Translations under genes and position numbers: made by a program | In this document: piece after piece, positions 23,323 to 35,880 of the stretch | How positions within the stretch are numbered: the stretch's first letter is position 1 | Layout of the letters: every line of letters starts with the position of its first letter | Source: Fistulifera solaris | Taxonomy: Eukaryota | DNA: 64,000 nt | NCBI GenBank assembly: GCA_030295235.1 | Contig: AP026124.1 | Coordinates: 1,922,001 to 1,986,000 of the forward strand | Direction of reading: 5' to 3' | Notes under the pieces: generated by a model | Seen by the model: the letters and a program-made list of their open reading frames with translations, nothing else | Told to the model about the DNA's origin: nothing | Database searches by the model: none

Positions 23323-25451
23323 ATGGGATCCGAAGACGACACAAACGAGTATTTCAGCGGAGGACTGCACAGTTTTGGCATACTCAATGCCCTACGAACC
23401 GGAGATCCGACTGTAGATATGATCATGGCCATGTGTTTGCCTTTAATTCTAAGATTCTTGGTCCAAATGATGTACGAACTCCGCGCTCAGATGGAACGAT
23501 GGTACTGTTATAAGGTCACACGAATGCACGAACGCGTCATCGAACAAGCCACGACACGGAATTCGTGGGGTCACACCAACTCGACGGATGAGGATTGTCA
23601 AAACTCGGTACTCATGAAGGCCATCGTCTTGTATCTTCACAAAGTCGTGCAACTCGATATGAAAGAAGCGGTTGTCAATCTGACTTCGACGGAAGACAAG
23701 ACTTCCTCTTTGGGTCACAATCACTACTACCATGATGATATGATGGACGACGATGGGGAAGACGATCATTCTCGAACGGTGGCGGGAGCCCTTTCCAAGT
23801 ACAGTATTGTCCAGCGACCACGACCCAATCAATGGTTCACTATTGGCAAATACGGCAAACTTGAACCGTCCGAAGTCCGTCTGATCATTGAACAACACGA
23901 AGATGAAAACCAAGGTGGCAAGGAGAACGCGCAAACGAAAATTACCAAACGATTTCGATTTCAAGGAGAATCAGGTGACGCTATTGATTGCTTTGTTGCC
24001 AAGGCCTATCAGTGGTACTTGGACGAATTGAAAAGATGGACGATCATGCGCGATATTTATACGAATTGAAGTCTACTTCGGGAGTGCCGACGGAAGACGG
24101 CGAATCGAGTAGCGGTATTGTCTATACGCGATACCCTCTTTCCGATGAGAAGACATTCAATTCTCTCTTCTTTCGTCAAAAGGAGTCGCTGTTGAAGATG
24201 GTGGATCATTTCTTGAATCGATCTGGGAAATATTCCGTCGAGGGTTACCCACATAAACTCGGGATTTTGTTACACGGACCCCCGGGGTCCGGTAAAACAA
24301 GTCTAATCAAGGCGCTCGCGCATCAAACAAGACGATCGATTGTGAATGTCCCGCTCGCTCGGATTTCGACTAACGAAGAACTCATGTCCATGTTCTTTGA
24401 TCGCCGGAAATTTGTGGAAGGTCAAGGAATTCCCGTGAAACTTGGATTTAAGGACGTCATTTTTGTCATGGAGGATGTGGATGCGGCCTCCCACATTGTC
24501 CGACGTCGTGATGGGAAGACAACCGACGCTCTCGTCGCTCCGGTGAGTGTTGACATCCCCGCACCGACTGCGCTGTGGCACATGTTGTTGGAAAGTAACG
24601 AAGGCGACTGCAAAGATCTTGTTCGATTTCTCATGGATTCATCGGAAGTACTAAAGGAAGCCGCCATGAAAACAGACTTGCCTGCCCGAGTGGCTCGTCG
24701 TATCAATTCGCTTCGTGGGTTAGGGATGACTGGGGAGGCTTTTGAGGATCCGGCAATTGATGAATATTGCCAGGAGGCGATCGATAATGCTAGAAGAATC
24801 ATCGACAACCAATCGACGGTGGATGCCTATCTTGCCAAGCAAGCTCGAGTAATGTTAAACATGCTCGAGAATGGAACTCCTGTGGATGACATGTTTGTTG
24901 ACGAGCTTCTCGGAAAGTCACCCCCACGCACTGTAGCGCGATTCTCTTCACCGATTTCCCGCAGGGGCTCAATGGAACACACGGAGGAAGACCTTTCGGA
25001 ATTAGCGAAAGAGCTAGCGGACGTTGCCACCAATTCTACGGGAACGGAAGCGGGTCCACAGCCACGGTGCAAGCCCAAAAAGGATCAGCTCAATCTTTCT
25101 GGTTTGTTGAATGTACTGGATGGTGTTGTTGATTCGCCTGGACGCATTGTGATCATGACAACGAATCACGTCGAACAGCTTGATCCTGCATTGATCCGTC
25201 CCGGTCGTATCGATAAGAAGCTACTTCTTGGGTTTATGGAATCAGTGGATGTGATTGCCATGGTGGAGCATTATTTTCAAATAATGATGACGGACAGCCA
25301 AGCCGAGCGAGTTAAAGCTGCTGTCGAAGGCATAAAAATGACGCCGGCACAAATCGAACAACTCACAGCGGAATATGATGAAGTGGACGACATGATAGCT
25401 TCTCTCGAAGAGACGAGATGCAACTTTGAGAAGACTTTTTGTTACTATTAA
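23323..25451 (+). CDS. BCS1-like AAA ATPase
   Basis: N-terminal [16 protein letters not shown] (Walker A), VMEDVD (Walker B), [27 protein letters not shown]. 1-nt deletion in the A4 run at 24031-24034. Confidence 0.88.
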
Positions 25452-25959
25452 AATTTAGACTAAGCCAACTATACCTGGTAGTAAAGTCGGGGGTTTGATT
25501 TCTTGCTGCGGCTCTACTATAGCTTGCAATCGTTGTCCTTGGCACGAAATACGAGTTCGGATAGTGGGCTTTCGTACCGCGTTTGATTGGATTATATATC
25601 GAACGTGAAAAAATGACCGTTGAACTTGGAGAAAGGTCGTTACAATGACTTTACACTTTTAGATATAATACAAGTACCGCCGAAGTGCCGGTTCATTGTC
25701 CTGCGTACATAATGTATGTAGACTCATTTTGACAGTCTGATCAAAAATGTTCCTCAATCCCGTTGAGAACCACCAGTGCGACAGGCTCGGATCTCGGATG
25801 TTGGGTTGCTCTCTGTCGCGCTGATGATGATGACCTGTTGCAAACTTGTTCAGCAAAACAAACGTCCCTTTCATCGCTGGAATACAACTTTGTCCTTTCC
25901 TGCTGCAAGCGCGTGCTAATTTATTTCGCTTCGATTTGCGACATTGCACTTGAATTACA

Positions 25960-26684
25960 ATGTTCCTGTTAGACTGGTGGTACAGCGCTCTGGCGAGCTT
26001 GGGTAAGTCCTACCCTGCAATGACTGTCAAACGGGGTTTAGCGACACAATGAGGCGCGTTTGTAGAGGATACATTAGCTGAGAATACCAATGAGAAGGAA
26101 AGCAATTTCTTGTGTGTTTTATCTAACAACGGTGCTTACTTGGCGCAGGTCTTTACCACAAAAATGCCAAAATTTTGTTTCTAGGGCTAGATAACGCCGG
26201 AAAGACAACCTTGTTGCACATGCTCAAGGAGAATCGTGTGCAGGTGCATCAACCCACGTTACACCCCAACACGGATGAGTTGATTATCGGAAACATCAAA
26301 TTTAAGACTTTTGATTTGGGTGGACACGAGACAGCTCGTCGATTGTGGCAAGATTACTTCACGACCGTCGACGGGGTCGTCTACTTGGTCGACTCGATTG
26401 ACCGTGAGCGTTTTCCAGAGGCCAAGGCCGAGCTAGACGCTCTTCTCACCAGTGAGGAGTTGCAAGATGTACCTTTCCTTGTTTTGGGTAATAAGATTGA
26501 CGTCCCTACTGCGGCCTCTGAGGAAGAACTTAAATATGCGTTAGGATTGATGGATACTTACGGAAAGGATAAGGGACCTGACGCAAACGGAACGGTTCGT
26601 CCTATTGAACTCTACATGTGCTCTGTGTTGCGAAAAATGGGCTATGCAGATGGATTCAAGTGGCTGTCTCAGTTCTTGAGTTAG
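25960..26684 (+). CDS. SAR1: Small GTPase SAR1 (COPII)
   Basis: Exon 1 25960..26002 ([14 protein letters not shown]), intron 26003..26148, then [28 protein letters not shown]. Confidence 0.96.
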
Positions 26685-26861
26685 ATCATTGGCAATGTTA
26701 TCTGAAGGCTGCCATCGTGAATCTGGAGAACCGTCACGATCAAGCATTGATAATTTATGATCATAAATAATGCACGAGATATAATTGATGGACATTGGTG
26801 AGCTAACAACAGTCTTGAATGAGTATGTTTACATGATATGTCTTTAGCGTGACGCGAAAAT

Positions 26862-29800
26862 TTATCGTCGTCTCGACCCTTGCGTAGTTGCCATTTTTTC
26901 GTTCTTGTTGGTGCACGAAAGTGTCACCATGTCGAACCGATCGTCAACTTTGCTGTAAAGGAGAATTGTGACGAGTGCAGAGCTTTCAAAGTTGGACTGG
27001 TCGGATCCAGGACCATGGCCCCACAGTCCGTGACGTCGCATGAAATTGTCAATGGCAAGTCCAAGGGTTTTCAAAGATCGCTTGTGCTTGGCCCCGTGAC
27101 GCTCTATTATTTCATTACAAGCACCTACAGCAGATTGTTCTTTTCGTTCCCGTCGCATCAGCGCAGTCCCAAAGTCACGAAGTACCCAAAAGGACACGTC
27201 AGCAAGAGCAAAGACGGGGATAGTTGGTACCCCCATCGCCGCAAGTCTTGATGAATCTTGCATGCCCTTGATAAAAGACTCCGCTGACAACGCGATGGTT
27301 TTCATTATTTTCAAGCAAGATTTTGGTGTTTCGGTTTTGGAGATCTCTCTCAACTCCGTAATATGTATCATTGTCAATGTAGATACATTTTACGGAGGCT
27401 GTTTGGATTGGACGAGTTCGTGATTCGCGACTTTTGTATGGTGTAAAATTCAAAGCAGTATCTTCCGGGCTATCACTATTCATCACCGCACCGAGGATAA
27501 GTGGCGCCAGTTCGTCGAGAGCCACCAATCGTTCATTTATGTTATTTGCTTGGCCAGGGTCTATTGTGACCTGTCTGAGCCTTACCGAACCCTTGTCTCG
27601 GAGGAGATGCGGTTGAACGACAACTATGAAAGGTATTTTCAGTAAAGCGCATACTCCATGTAACTCGGTCAATGACCAGTCACTTTCGCCGCTATCTTCA
27701 GAGCTACTGCCAACCCGCCGAACGAGACTAAGCATAACAGAGCTTTGAGAAAGATACTCTGCAGAAACGCTTTCAGCCCAAAGCCGGGCTGCTACGATGG
27801 CTCGCTCGTGTTGGCCACCTGAATCTGTCAATGGACTTGGTAAGTTGTACACAGCGCTTCGTTGAGTCTGAATGGCAAACAAACATACCTAATCCATGTA
27901 CACTTGCTACGACACAGTGGACAGATCTCGAAAAATTGAGCGGATGACCAAGACTTCGTCTAAGCAAGTCGAAATTTTGATTGTCTGCATCACCGTTCCT
28001 ATTTTCGTTGCTAGATTGATTTCCATCTTGTCTCCCAAGCATTGTTGCATCAATGTAAATGAATTCAACAAATTTCCCAACGAAAAAACGAACACCAACA
28101 CACACAGGGATGGGAGCAGACGTGTAGTGAGATACCGTGCCGGATGCAAAGTTTCCAGGGGGGCGGAAGCGCCTGACTAAATCTGAGTAATGTCCTCCTT
28201 CAGCCACTCGAGTGCCGAGATTGTCATGGTGTTCTTCTGGATCGCATGGAGATGAAAAGTAGTTTTCGGGCAAAATTATCGCTTGGAATATAGACCCACC
28301 GTGATAATACTTTCTCCGTTGCCTCAATCCCAGGTCGAAAGCAATAAACAGTGGGCGGCGAATTGACGAATGGCCGCCTTCAGCCTTCTTCCGAATAAAA
28401 GTGGACCAATGTGCATTTTTTCCAGCGATTCCACGAGATTTTTCACGCTTTTTAAACTCTTGGCCGCGTCTTCGAAGCGTTTCAATCGTTTTGGGTCGGC
28501 AACTTTCGGTTCAATTTTTCGTAGTTCAGACAGACCCTGTTTGAGCATTTCAATGCTAGTGTTGATATCGAGATGGAAAGGAACGCATTTGGACACAAAC
28601 GTAAGGAATCTGTCGGCGCTAGTCTTTGGCATCCCTTGTCGCTTGACAAGTTCGTCAAGCGTGGAGGAGATTCGCTCGATTCGATTTCTCCTTTCGTCCT
28701 GCTTTTCAATGTGGGTGAGCAACAAGAGCCTCGGAGTGGGGGATGTGAATTTCGTAAGAATGTGCAAACAGGATCGTCGAATGTTATCTTTCAAGGGAAT
28801 CTGGCACAAATCCAGAATGCAGTCCGCAAGCCTTGTGTGATTAAGTCGAAGATACCATGGTATCGGAGCTTCCGGCTCCTTATCAATTGGTACGGTAGTG
28901 ATGCGGTACGACGGAAGAAAAGCAATTGCTTGAGCAATGACCATAATGACCTCTGACTCCAAAAGGTCACTATCGATGTTTTCATGAATTATGTCAAAAG
29001 ACGCTTCGAGCGACTCTCGAGGATGACCACCAGCAATTGATTTATGATAGACGCGGTCAATATCGTAGCGTTTTAGATTACTAGTTGCCGAACCACCACG
29101 ACTCACGGCACGAGCTGTAGACACCGGCATGAGGTCCAAAATAACAAGAAATCGAAACAGCACAATCGACGTACCAAAAGAAACAGTCAGGTCTTCCGGC
29201 AAAGATAGAACGGCACCTCTGCTATTCAATACCTCAGCTGGGCCTCCAGTTGAATTGATTCCGGAAGAATGATTTGCTCGGGGGCGAAGCAAGGGATTTT
29301 GGAGACGCGAGGCCCCGTGCATATGAAAGACCGCTTTCAGCTTTTCGCATACCGTTTCAACTACAAATGGGTCGGATCCTAATACTCCGTCTATAGTACC
29401 AGCAATCGCAGCCGACGTAGCGGCACGCATCGAAAAAAATCCCAGCTGTCCGTTGAGTAGAGCGTTTCATGCCACTGTCACGTCAGGTCAAGAGTGAGCA
29501 ACCAAATCATGGACAACTAGACCTGTCGGTGAATCTGCACTTACATTCCTTTTCCGAAGCCGCCAACTTTGCCGGCTTGTCTTGAGCGTTTTAACTTGGG
29601 GAACATGAGTGGATGGATAGTTGATGCATTATGCATTTATCAATATCTTACCGAGTATGTGGCCGCCAAGAAGGAGCACGGATTCATGGCAAGCGTACGA
29701 AGCGATGCAATTTCAACCGCACCCATCCGAATATCGCTGATGGCCCGCATTAGATCTTCTGTTAGGTCTGTACGTGTACTAGCTTGAACTGCAACATCTG

Positions 29801-32800
29801 TGTCGAACGTCTTTAAATATGTCAGTATACTCAATGATGGAAAAGGAAAGGCAATAGATCAAACTTACGGCATCGACAACATCGGCTTGATGCCTAGCGA
29901 AGAGAGCATCAATTATCTGTAGATAACTCTCGGACTTATACGATGAAAAAGTGTATCAGCTGTAGTCTCGAGTAACTCATCTTTTCGGTTTGATCTTATT
30001 TACCTGGGAAGTCGTTAGCAGTTCCAATGCCTCCTCGAGATATCTTCGTTCAAGCTCAATTTTTCTCGGAAGTAACTCACTTGCAAGTAAATCTTCAGCT
30101 AAGGTAGAGTCTGGATGAGAGAATATGCTCGGATCAAATGGCATCCATAGAGTTTGAACGTACCACTTGGCCTATTTTTCGGTTCTCTCTCCAGGCACCA
30201 CAGAATAATTCTGGAGAGTTTCGTTAGATAATGCAAAACATGCCACCAAGCCGAAACCTGTGACTTACCGCTGACACTGCTCAGTAGTTGAGGAAAGGAA
30301 AAGTGGGGAAAACGATCCTCTGCTAGTGCACGAAAATCCGAAGAGGCCATTGTCCGTGGGCTTCCACTTGAAAGTCGAGAAGCATGGTCACCACGGAGCT
30401 TTGTAAGAGTCTCGGCCCGTTCCATATAAGTCTGAAAAGGTGGATGGAACATCTCGAACAAAATGATGCCAAAGCTAAAAATGTCCGCCTGGACAGTGTA
30501 CGAAGCCTCTCCCTTACCGCTCGACAAAACGCGCTCTTGCTCAGCTAAAAGAGAGATGAGGAACTCGTGAGTTCATGGTAATCAAACGTAAATTTTTGTC
30601 AAATGATATTTGTACTCACGCTATGCGGCAATCGGTTAGATCATTCGAAGTGATACAGGTGGCTAGGAGAATAGACAGACTACTTACTGCACGATAAAAT
30701 GTTGTCCCCACCCCACTGGGGTTATCCAGAAATTGACATCAACACATGAGAAAGCAAAAGGCATAAACGCAATTACGAGTGATTGTCTTACCCCGTCATC
30801 GACTCCTCAATCGAAAAACCAGATGTCCCTCCAGATGGTACCATGGGATCACCAATGAGTCTTGATATGTCCTCAATATCATCATAGATATTGTCGCTAT
30901 CGAGTTGTTTTGATTCATCTCCACCGCCCTTATCGCGATGTTTCGTGGCGAGACCAAAATCACCCAAACGTATATTTTGGTCGTGATCAAGAAAAACGTT
31001 TCCTGGCTTTAGGTCACGATGAATGATGTTTTGTCCATGGATGTAAATAAGGGCCTCGAGCATTTGGCGCGCAAGTCTCCATACGCCGTTCTCTTCCATG
31101 CTAAGAACATCTCCATCATCGATCAATTTCCTCAAAGTAGTTGAGCAAAACTCCATCTGAATGTAGAGAATCGTTTGGCCATCACCAGCACCGACTTTTA
31201 CCGACGAGTGATCCCACCCTTCACTATCAGATTCGCTCCAATTCTTCTTCTTGCTCGTTTGATGGAGCAATGTGTCGTATGCATTGTTTTGAGAAAACCG
31301 AGTCCGCTTAGAAGCGGACTGTTAATGCCATGATCGATTTCATTCTCTAATAAATTCACCATAGAGTCAGAATGTTTGTCAAGTGCGCTTTTCTCCAGAC
31401 TCAGTTTTCTCTCCTGGGAATCTATACTGTTGTCACTCTCTAAGCCATCACTATCGTTTGATCTAGAACCCATGACCAATGGAGGCTTTCCCAGATGTCG
31501 CAACAGGTGATTCTCTACGGGAGAATTTGTCCACCAGCCGCTAGATGATCCATTGCTGCTGTCGTCGTCGCTCTCCTCCTCCGCGGATTTCACCGGCTCG
31601 CCCACAGTCTCTTCGGGGGTTGCTTTGCTACCTTCCATCCAAGCTTGATAGTAACGCACAATATGTTTGTGTGTCATCCGACTAATGGTCGTCACTTCGC
31701 GGCGTAGCTTTCGATTCTGCAATGCAGCATGATTCGCAAAACGACCACTTTCTGATTCCAAAATAATCTTTTTGATTGCATATATTCTTCGATCAAGTCT
31801 ATTGCGAACTTTCACAACTTCCCCGCCGCCCCCCTCGACCAAGAATACCAAGTTCAACAAAATCAGATTGATATCTAGATGCCGAAGGTGCAACGTAACC
31901 GTCATCATCGTCAAATTCAAGCTCATCCTCATCATCATAAACAACGACTTCCTCCTCGTTTGACGATATCGACATTGCCCGTTGCCCTCTCCGTTGCTTC
32001 AATGCTGCATCCAGTGCCTCTTTTGTCGTAACAATTCTTTTTCTACATCAGATGACACCAATGGCTTAGCAAACGAGACTTTGTTGGTCTTAGAGTTGCT
32101 TGGCGAAAAAGTCTCCATTGCATGGCGAGCAGTTTCATTCATCAAACGATTTATTTCTTCACGCTCCTTCTCTTCTTTTTCTTTCTCCAAAGCCTCTCTA
32201 GCTTTCATCTGTTCCCAAGCCGACATTGTTGGATCACGATTATGGAGAACTAAGAAATCTTCAGCTACCTGGACCAGTTCGATCATCATGACGGACCCCG
32301 TTTCTGCTAATTCGGTAGCTCGAGCCTGGAGCTGGGACATGAGCTCTGCTTGTTCTTCTTTTGATAAACCTTTGATATTTCGACATTCAATGGCAGGGGC
32401 GACGTAAGGGTATTGCTTGCCCAGCTGAATCGACAGACTAGAAACAAAAAGACGAAATCGTTTAGCGGCAAGTAAAAGTCGGACAAGATATAAAGACAGA
32501 CCAGTCTGCGTACCATATTTTGCAGCCAATTTGTGCAGCTGGAACATCAGGCGGACTGACGTCGACTTCCAACCGTTTACATCCCCAAACTCCTTCGACG
32601 CATCGGAATTCTTCCCCGTAAACCGCCTCGAGCACAGTGATTTCATCCGCTCGAGATACCGACAAATCTTCATGCGACGGGATATGTAAATTAGTTTTAC
32701 TCGTCGGACCAGGCATATGCACTGTCGATGACATGCCAGAACCGGAGACGATCTTCGAAGAAGACAATTGCGACGTTGGCTTTTGTAGATGCTCCTCGGT

Positions 32801-32866
32801 CGAATGACGACTCAAAGAATCATCATCAGTGTCGCTATCCTGCAGAACCCCGAAGAAGCCGGACAT
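26862..32866 (-). CDS. GCN2: eIF2-alpha kinase GCN2 (RWD, kinase, HisRS-like and anticodon-binding domains), many introns
   Basis: RWD (E...LEAVY, YPYVAP), [37 protein letters not shown], spliced [14 protein letters not shown], HisRS-like LPEDLTVSF and VAEGGHY. Introns include 32438..32513, 30716..30791, 30621..30687, 30545..30619, 30211..30268, 30099..30163, 29935..30003, 29811..29868, 29595..29651 and 29115..29174. Several homopolymer frameshifts. Confidence 0.93.
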
Positions 32867-33455
32867 GTTCGCTCTCCTCTCCAGATCAGCTTTTCATGCG
32901 TTGAAGAGTAGACTGGTTTTTATTTTGGATTTATTTTGGATCCTATCTAAAAACTTGAAGGTTATCAATAGTATTTCATTGACGACTTGGTGCTATGAAA
33001 AACGATAAGAACATGCTGTCTGTCATCTCGTCTTTCAAATCGCGACTGCGTGTCTTACAGCCGAAAGATTCAGTAATAGCGTCAAACCTCGAGTACCGGT
33101 AAGATCTTGGCCTCATTCACGCGACACGCGGAATAATTCGTCGACAAGAATTGCTTCCAACATTTTCTTTTCAAACAACAAGGTAATGCGATGATTCTCG
33201 ATCAATGAAGATGACAGATTGCTTGGATGATGTAATGATCTAGCAAGACAAAAGCTTAGGAACAACATTTGAGAATAATTGGAAGTGAACGAGAAGAAAC
33301 AACGCCGAAAATGAACTTAAGCCCGAGAGATACGACGCCTAAGCCCCACTTTTTGGAAGCAACGAACCTCCAGTGTTGATGCATACCGTGATGCGACTGT
33401 CAATACCTGGTTTTCAGCAATTGGTCTGCTGAAACTGCGCGAATTTCTCATCACT

Positions 33456-34919
33456 GTGGACCACTTTTCGATATGGAAGCGGCATTTAGCTTGGGCCCTC
33501 GCAGATGGAAAGGAGTTGAGAGACTACATGACGCAAAGATATTCCAGTAGTATGGTTTTCCTGTCGTTGCTACTAAGCACAGAATTATCTGTTTTATTCA
33601 ATTCGGCCGTGGTAACGACTGACGTTCGTCATGCTCTCGAGGAAGAAAGCTACCACACAGTAGCCTTCTGGATCGGAATCTTTATCATCGTATCAGCGAT
33701 ACTTTCTCTGCTGGGTTTGGTGGCAACTTTTACAGCTTGGGGAATGGTTTCAGCAGTCAACGAAGTGAATGCTCATTGCGTACTCAGAAGCTCTATCGGA
33801 CAATACGTCGCCGAGCTCCCTGGGAATCTCATTGTAGGGTCTATTTACACGTTTTCGATCTGGTTGATCCTATTCTTTTTCCTCTTGTTGCCGGTCGGTT
33901 TTTCGTCATTGCTGCTCCTAGGAATTACTCTGGGCCTCTTCCTTCATATTATTACAGTATTCTCTGCTTTTGGTCGGATCATTATGCATTCGGGAGCCAT
34001 GGGATCGAATCGCATTTTCGCTTCCGGCTTTGAAAGCACATTGTCCCCTTGTTCGTTGCATGGAAATCTTTTGGCCAAAGCGCGCGACACCCTTTACAAT
34101 GGCTTCAGCATTCGACGTCAATATGCTGAGAAACACTCTATCGCCTCTGATCTAACTGTTTTAGACGAACTAAAACGGCACATTCGTCCCCCCAAAGATG
34201 ACCAGCCTGAACTCGCTTGCAGCGCCCCCAATGACACCGAGAATGGTTGTCTACCTTTGATACTAGCCGGATCGTGGACCAAATTTGAAGACAGCTTTGA
34301 CACGAGTGAACACGTCTGCAGCAAAACATTCCAAGACGAACCGCAATGCACCGCTTTCATGAATCAAGTGTCTTCCATCTTCAGGGCACCGATCGAAGTC
34401 GTACGAAGCCCACAAGTTCACCAAGCCACTGAAAACAACCAGCGCGCAGAAATCCCGGATGTTGATGCTTCGCAGAGCACTAGCTTGCAGTATTGTTTAC
34501 GCAACTCAATTAAGTTTCTTCATGACGTAGCTGATGCCCAGGTCCTTCCACCTGCAGTGTTCAACCGCAGTTCGAAGGAGAACACAAGTATCCAACGTTC
34601 CGACAAGTTGCTTTCCAGCGAAAGCAACGACTTGGAAGATGTCTTTGATGGTCCTTTAAGTCTCGCTGTGTTGGCCTCAAGTAACAGGAACCTCGGGTCT
34701 TGGTCCCTAGACAACGTTTCACCCAGCGATGTGGCATGCACAATCACGCCAACTCGACCCGGCGTCCGCCCAATTCCTGGTGCTGAAGGGCTAAGCAACT
34801 TGGACGTTGTTACTAGTGTTCAGACGAGTCGATTGTCGAAAGTTCAATCGCGAGACGACGAGCAAAATCACCTCTTGAGTGCTCCTGGCGACGAGGATTA
34901 CGGTTCGACTCGCGCGTGA
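33456..34919 (+). CDS. Hypothetical polytopic membrane protein with long soluble C-tail; true start probably further upstream
   Basis: 487-aa ORF with about 4 hydrophobic segments in the first ~180 aa. The frame stays open upstream to about 33321. Confidence 0.6.
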   Translation: MDHFSIWKRHLAWALADGKELRDYMTQRYSSSMVFLSLLLSTELSVLFNSAVVTTDVRHALEEESYHTVAFWIGIFIIVSAILSLLGLVATFTAWGMVSAVNEVNAHCVLRSSIGQYVAELPGNLIVGSIYTFSIWLILFFFLLLPVGFSSLLLLGITLGLFLHIITVFSAFGRIIMHSGAMGSNRIFASGFESTLSPCSLHGNLLAKARDTLYNGFSIRRQYAEKHSIASDLTVLDELKRHIRPPKDDQPELACSAPNDTENGCLPLILAGSWTKFEDSFDTSEHVCSKTFQDEPQCTAFMNQVSSIFRAPIEVVRSPQVHQATENNQRAEIPDVDASQSTSLQYCLRNSIKFLHDVADAQVLPPAVFNRSSKENTSIQRSDKLLSSESNDLEDVFDGPLSLAVLASSNRNLGSWSLDNVSPSDVACTITPTRPGVRPIPGAEGLSNLDVVTSVQTSRLSKVQSRDDEQNHLLSAPGDEDYGSTRA

Positions 34920-34992
34920 TGATGTATAATTAGAAGCAAGATAGAAGTCAGGCACAGCCTGCATATAGAAAATGAGTTTTATACTTGAACAA

Positions 34993-35880
34993 TTAATCTG
35001 AAGCAACCCGCGCTGATTCTCCAAAGAGTAGTGTATCTGGCTCCAGAGGCATATTCATCATGAGGCTAATGGTGAAGAAGAGCACAATAACAAGCCCGAT
35101 GGAAGTCCACAGCACCACATTGAAGTACTGAATTTGAAACATGGACTTGTAAGTTGATACCCAATTGTTGTTCTGATCGTAATATCCGAAGCCATAGTAT
35201 CCACTGTACTGATCGTTTCCGTTCGCATTTTGGTTTTGGTTGTCTTCCTGCAAACGGCGCGATTGACGACGAGGGCGTGCCGTTGAAGCTTCTTCTTCAA
35301 CGACGAGGTGAACGACAATAGTTCTTCCTGATTCATCTCCCATTGACTTCAAATTAGAAAGCACAGCTTTCATTTGCTTGTCCACGCCTTTTGCGGACGC
35401 AGTGTCGACAGTCACTTTGAAACCCGACAAACCAGCCTTTTCTCCTTGTGTCTTAACATAATCAGCAGCTGAAATTATGTCAATAGTTTCGTAGCCTTCT
35501 ACTTTCGACAACAGGGGGTTTAGCTGTTCACCTTCTACTTCAAGATGACCGACAACATTCTCCCGATGTTCCGAAAGTAAACTCGAAATGTACGGCATCA
35601 AGTCAAGATCGACACCGCTTCCGGAAAGTCCAATAACAACACCAGAATCCGATTTTTTGAAAAGATCGGGAACTAAAGGCATTCCAGAATGTTGGAGCTT
35701 TCGACGGTCGCCATGCAACGCTCCCCAGAAAGAGGCCACTCCAGCAACCGTTGTATCTACATTCGTCGATGTGGATTGATGGACGCTGCCTCCCGCACCA
35801 TATTCGAGGACGGCAATTCGAGTCGCGGCTTCTACGCCCGCAAGCGTAAGGAAGGACAACAATGCTCGTGCGATCATCAT
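34993..35880 (-). CDS. ATP6AP2/(pro)renin receptor-like V-ATPase accessory protein
   Basis: Signal peptide, basic RRQSRRL site, C-terminal YFNVVLWTSIGL..TM..MMNMPLEPDTLLF resembling the Renin_r tail. Confidence 0.6.
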   Translation of the reverse strand: MMIARALLSFLTLAGVEAATRIAVLEYGAGGSVHQSTSTNVDTTVAGVASFWGALHGDRRKLQHSGMPLVPDLFKKSDSGVVIGLSGSGVDLDLMPYISSLLSEHRENVVGHLEVEGEQLNPLLSKVEGYETIDIISAADYVKTQGEKAGLSGFKVTVDTASAKGVDKQMKAVLSNLKSMGDESGRTIVVHLVVEEEASTARPRRQSRRLQEDNQNQNANGNDQYSGYYGFGYYDQNNNWVSTYKSMFQIQYFNVVLWTSIGLVIVLFFTISLMMNMPLEPDTLLFGESARVASD

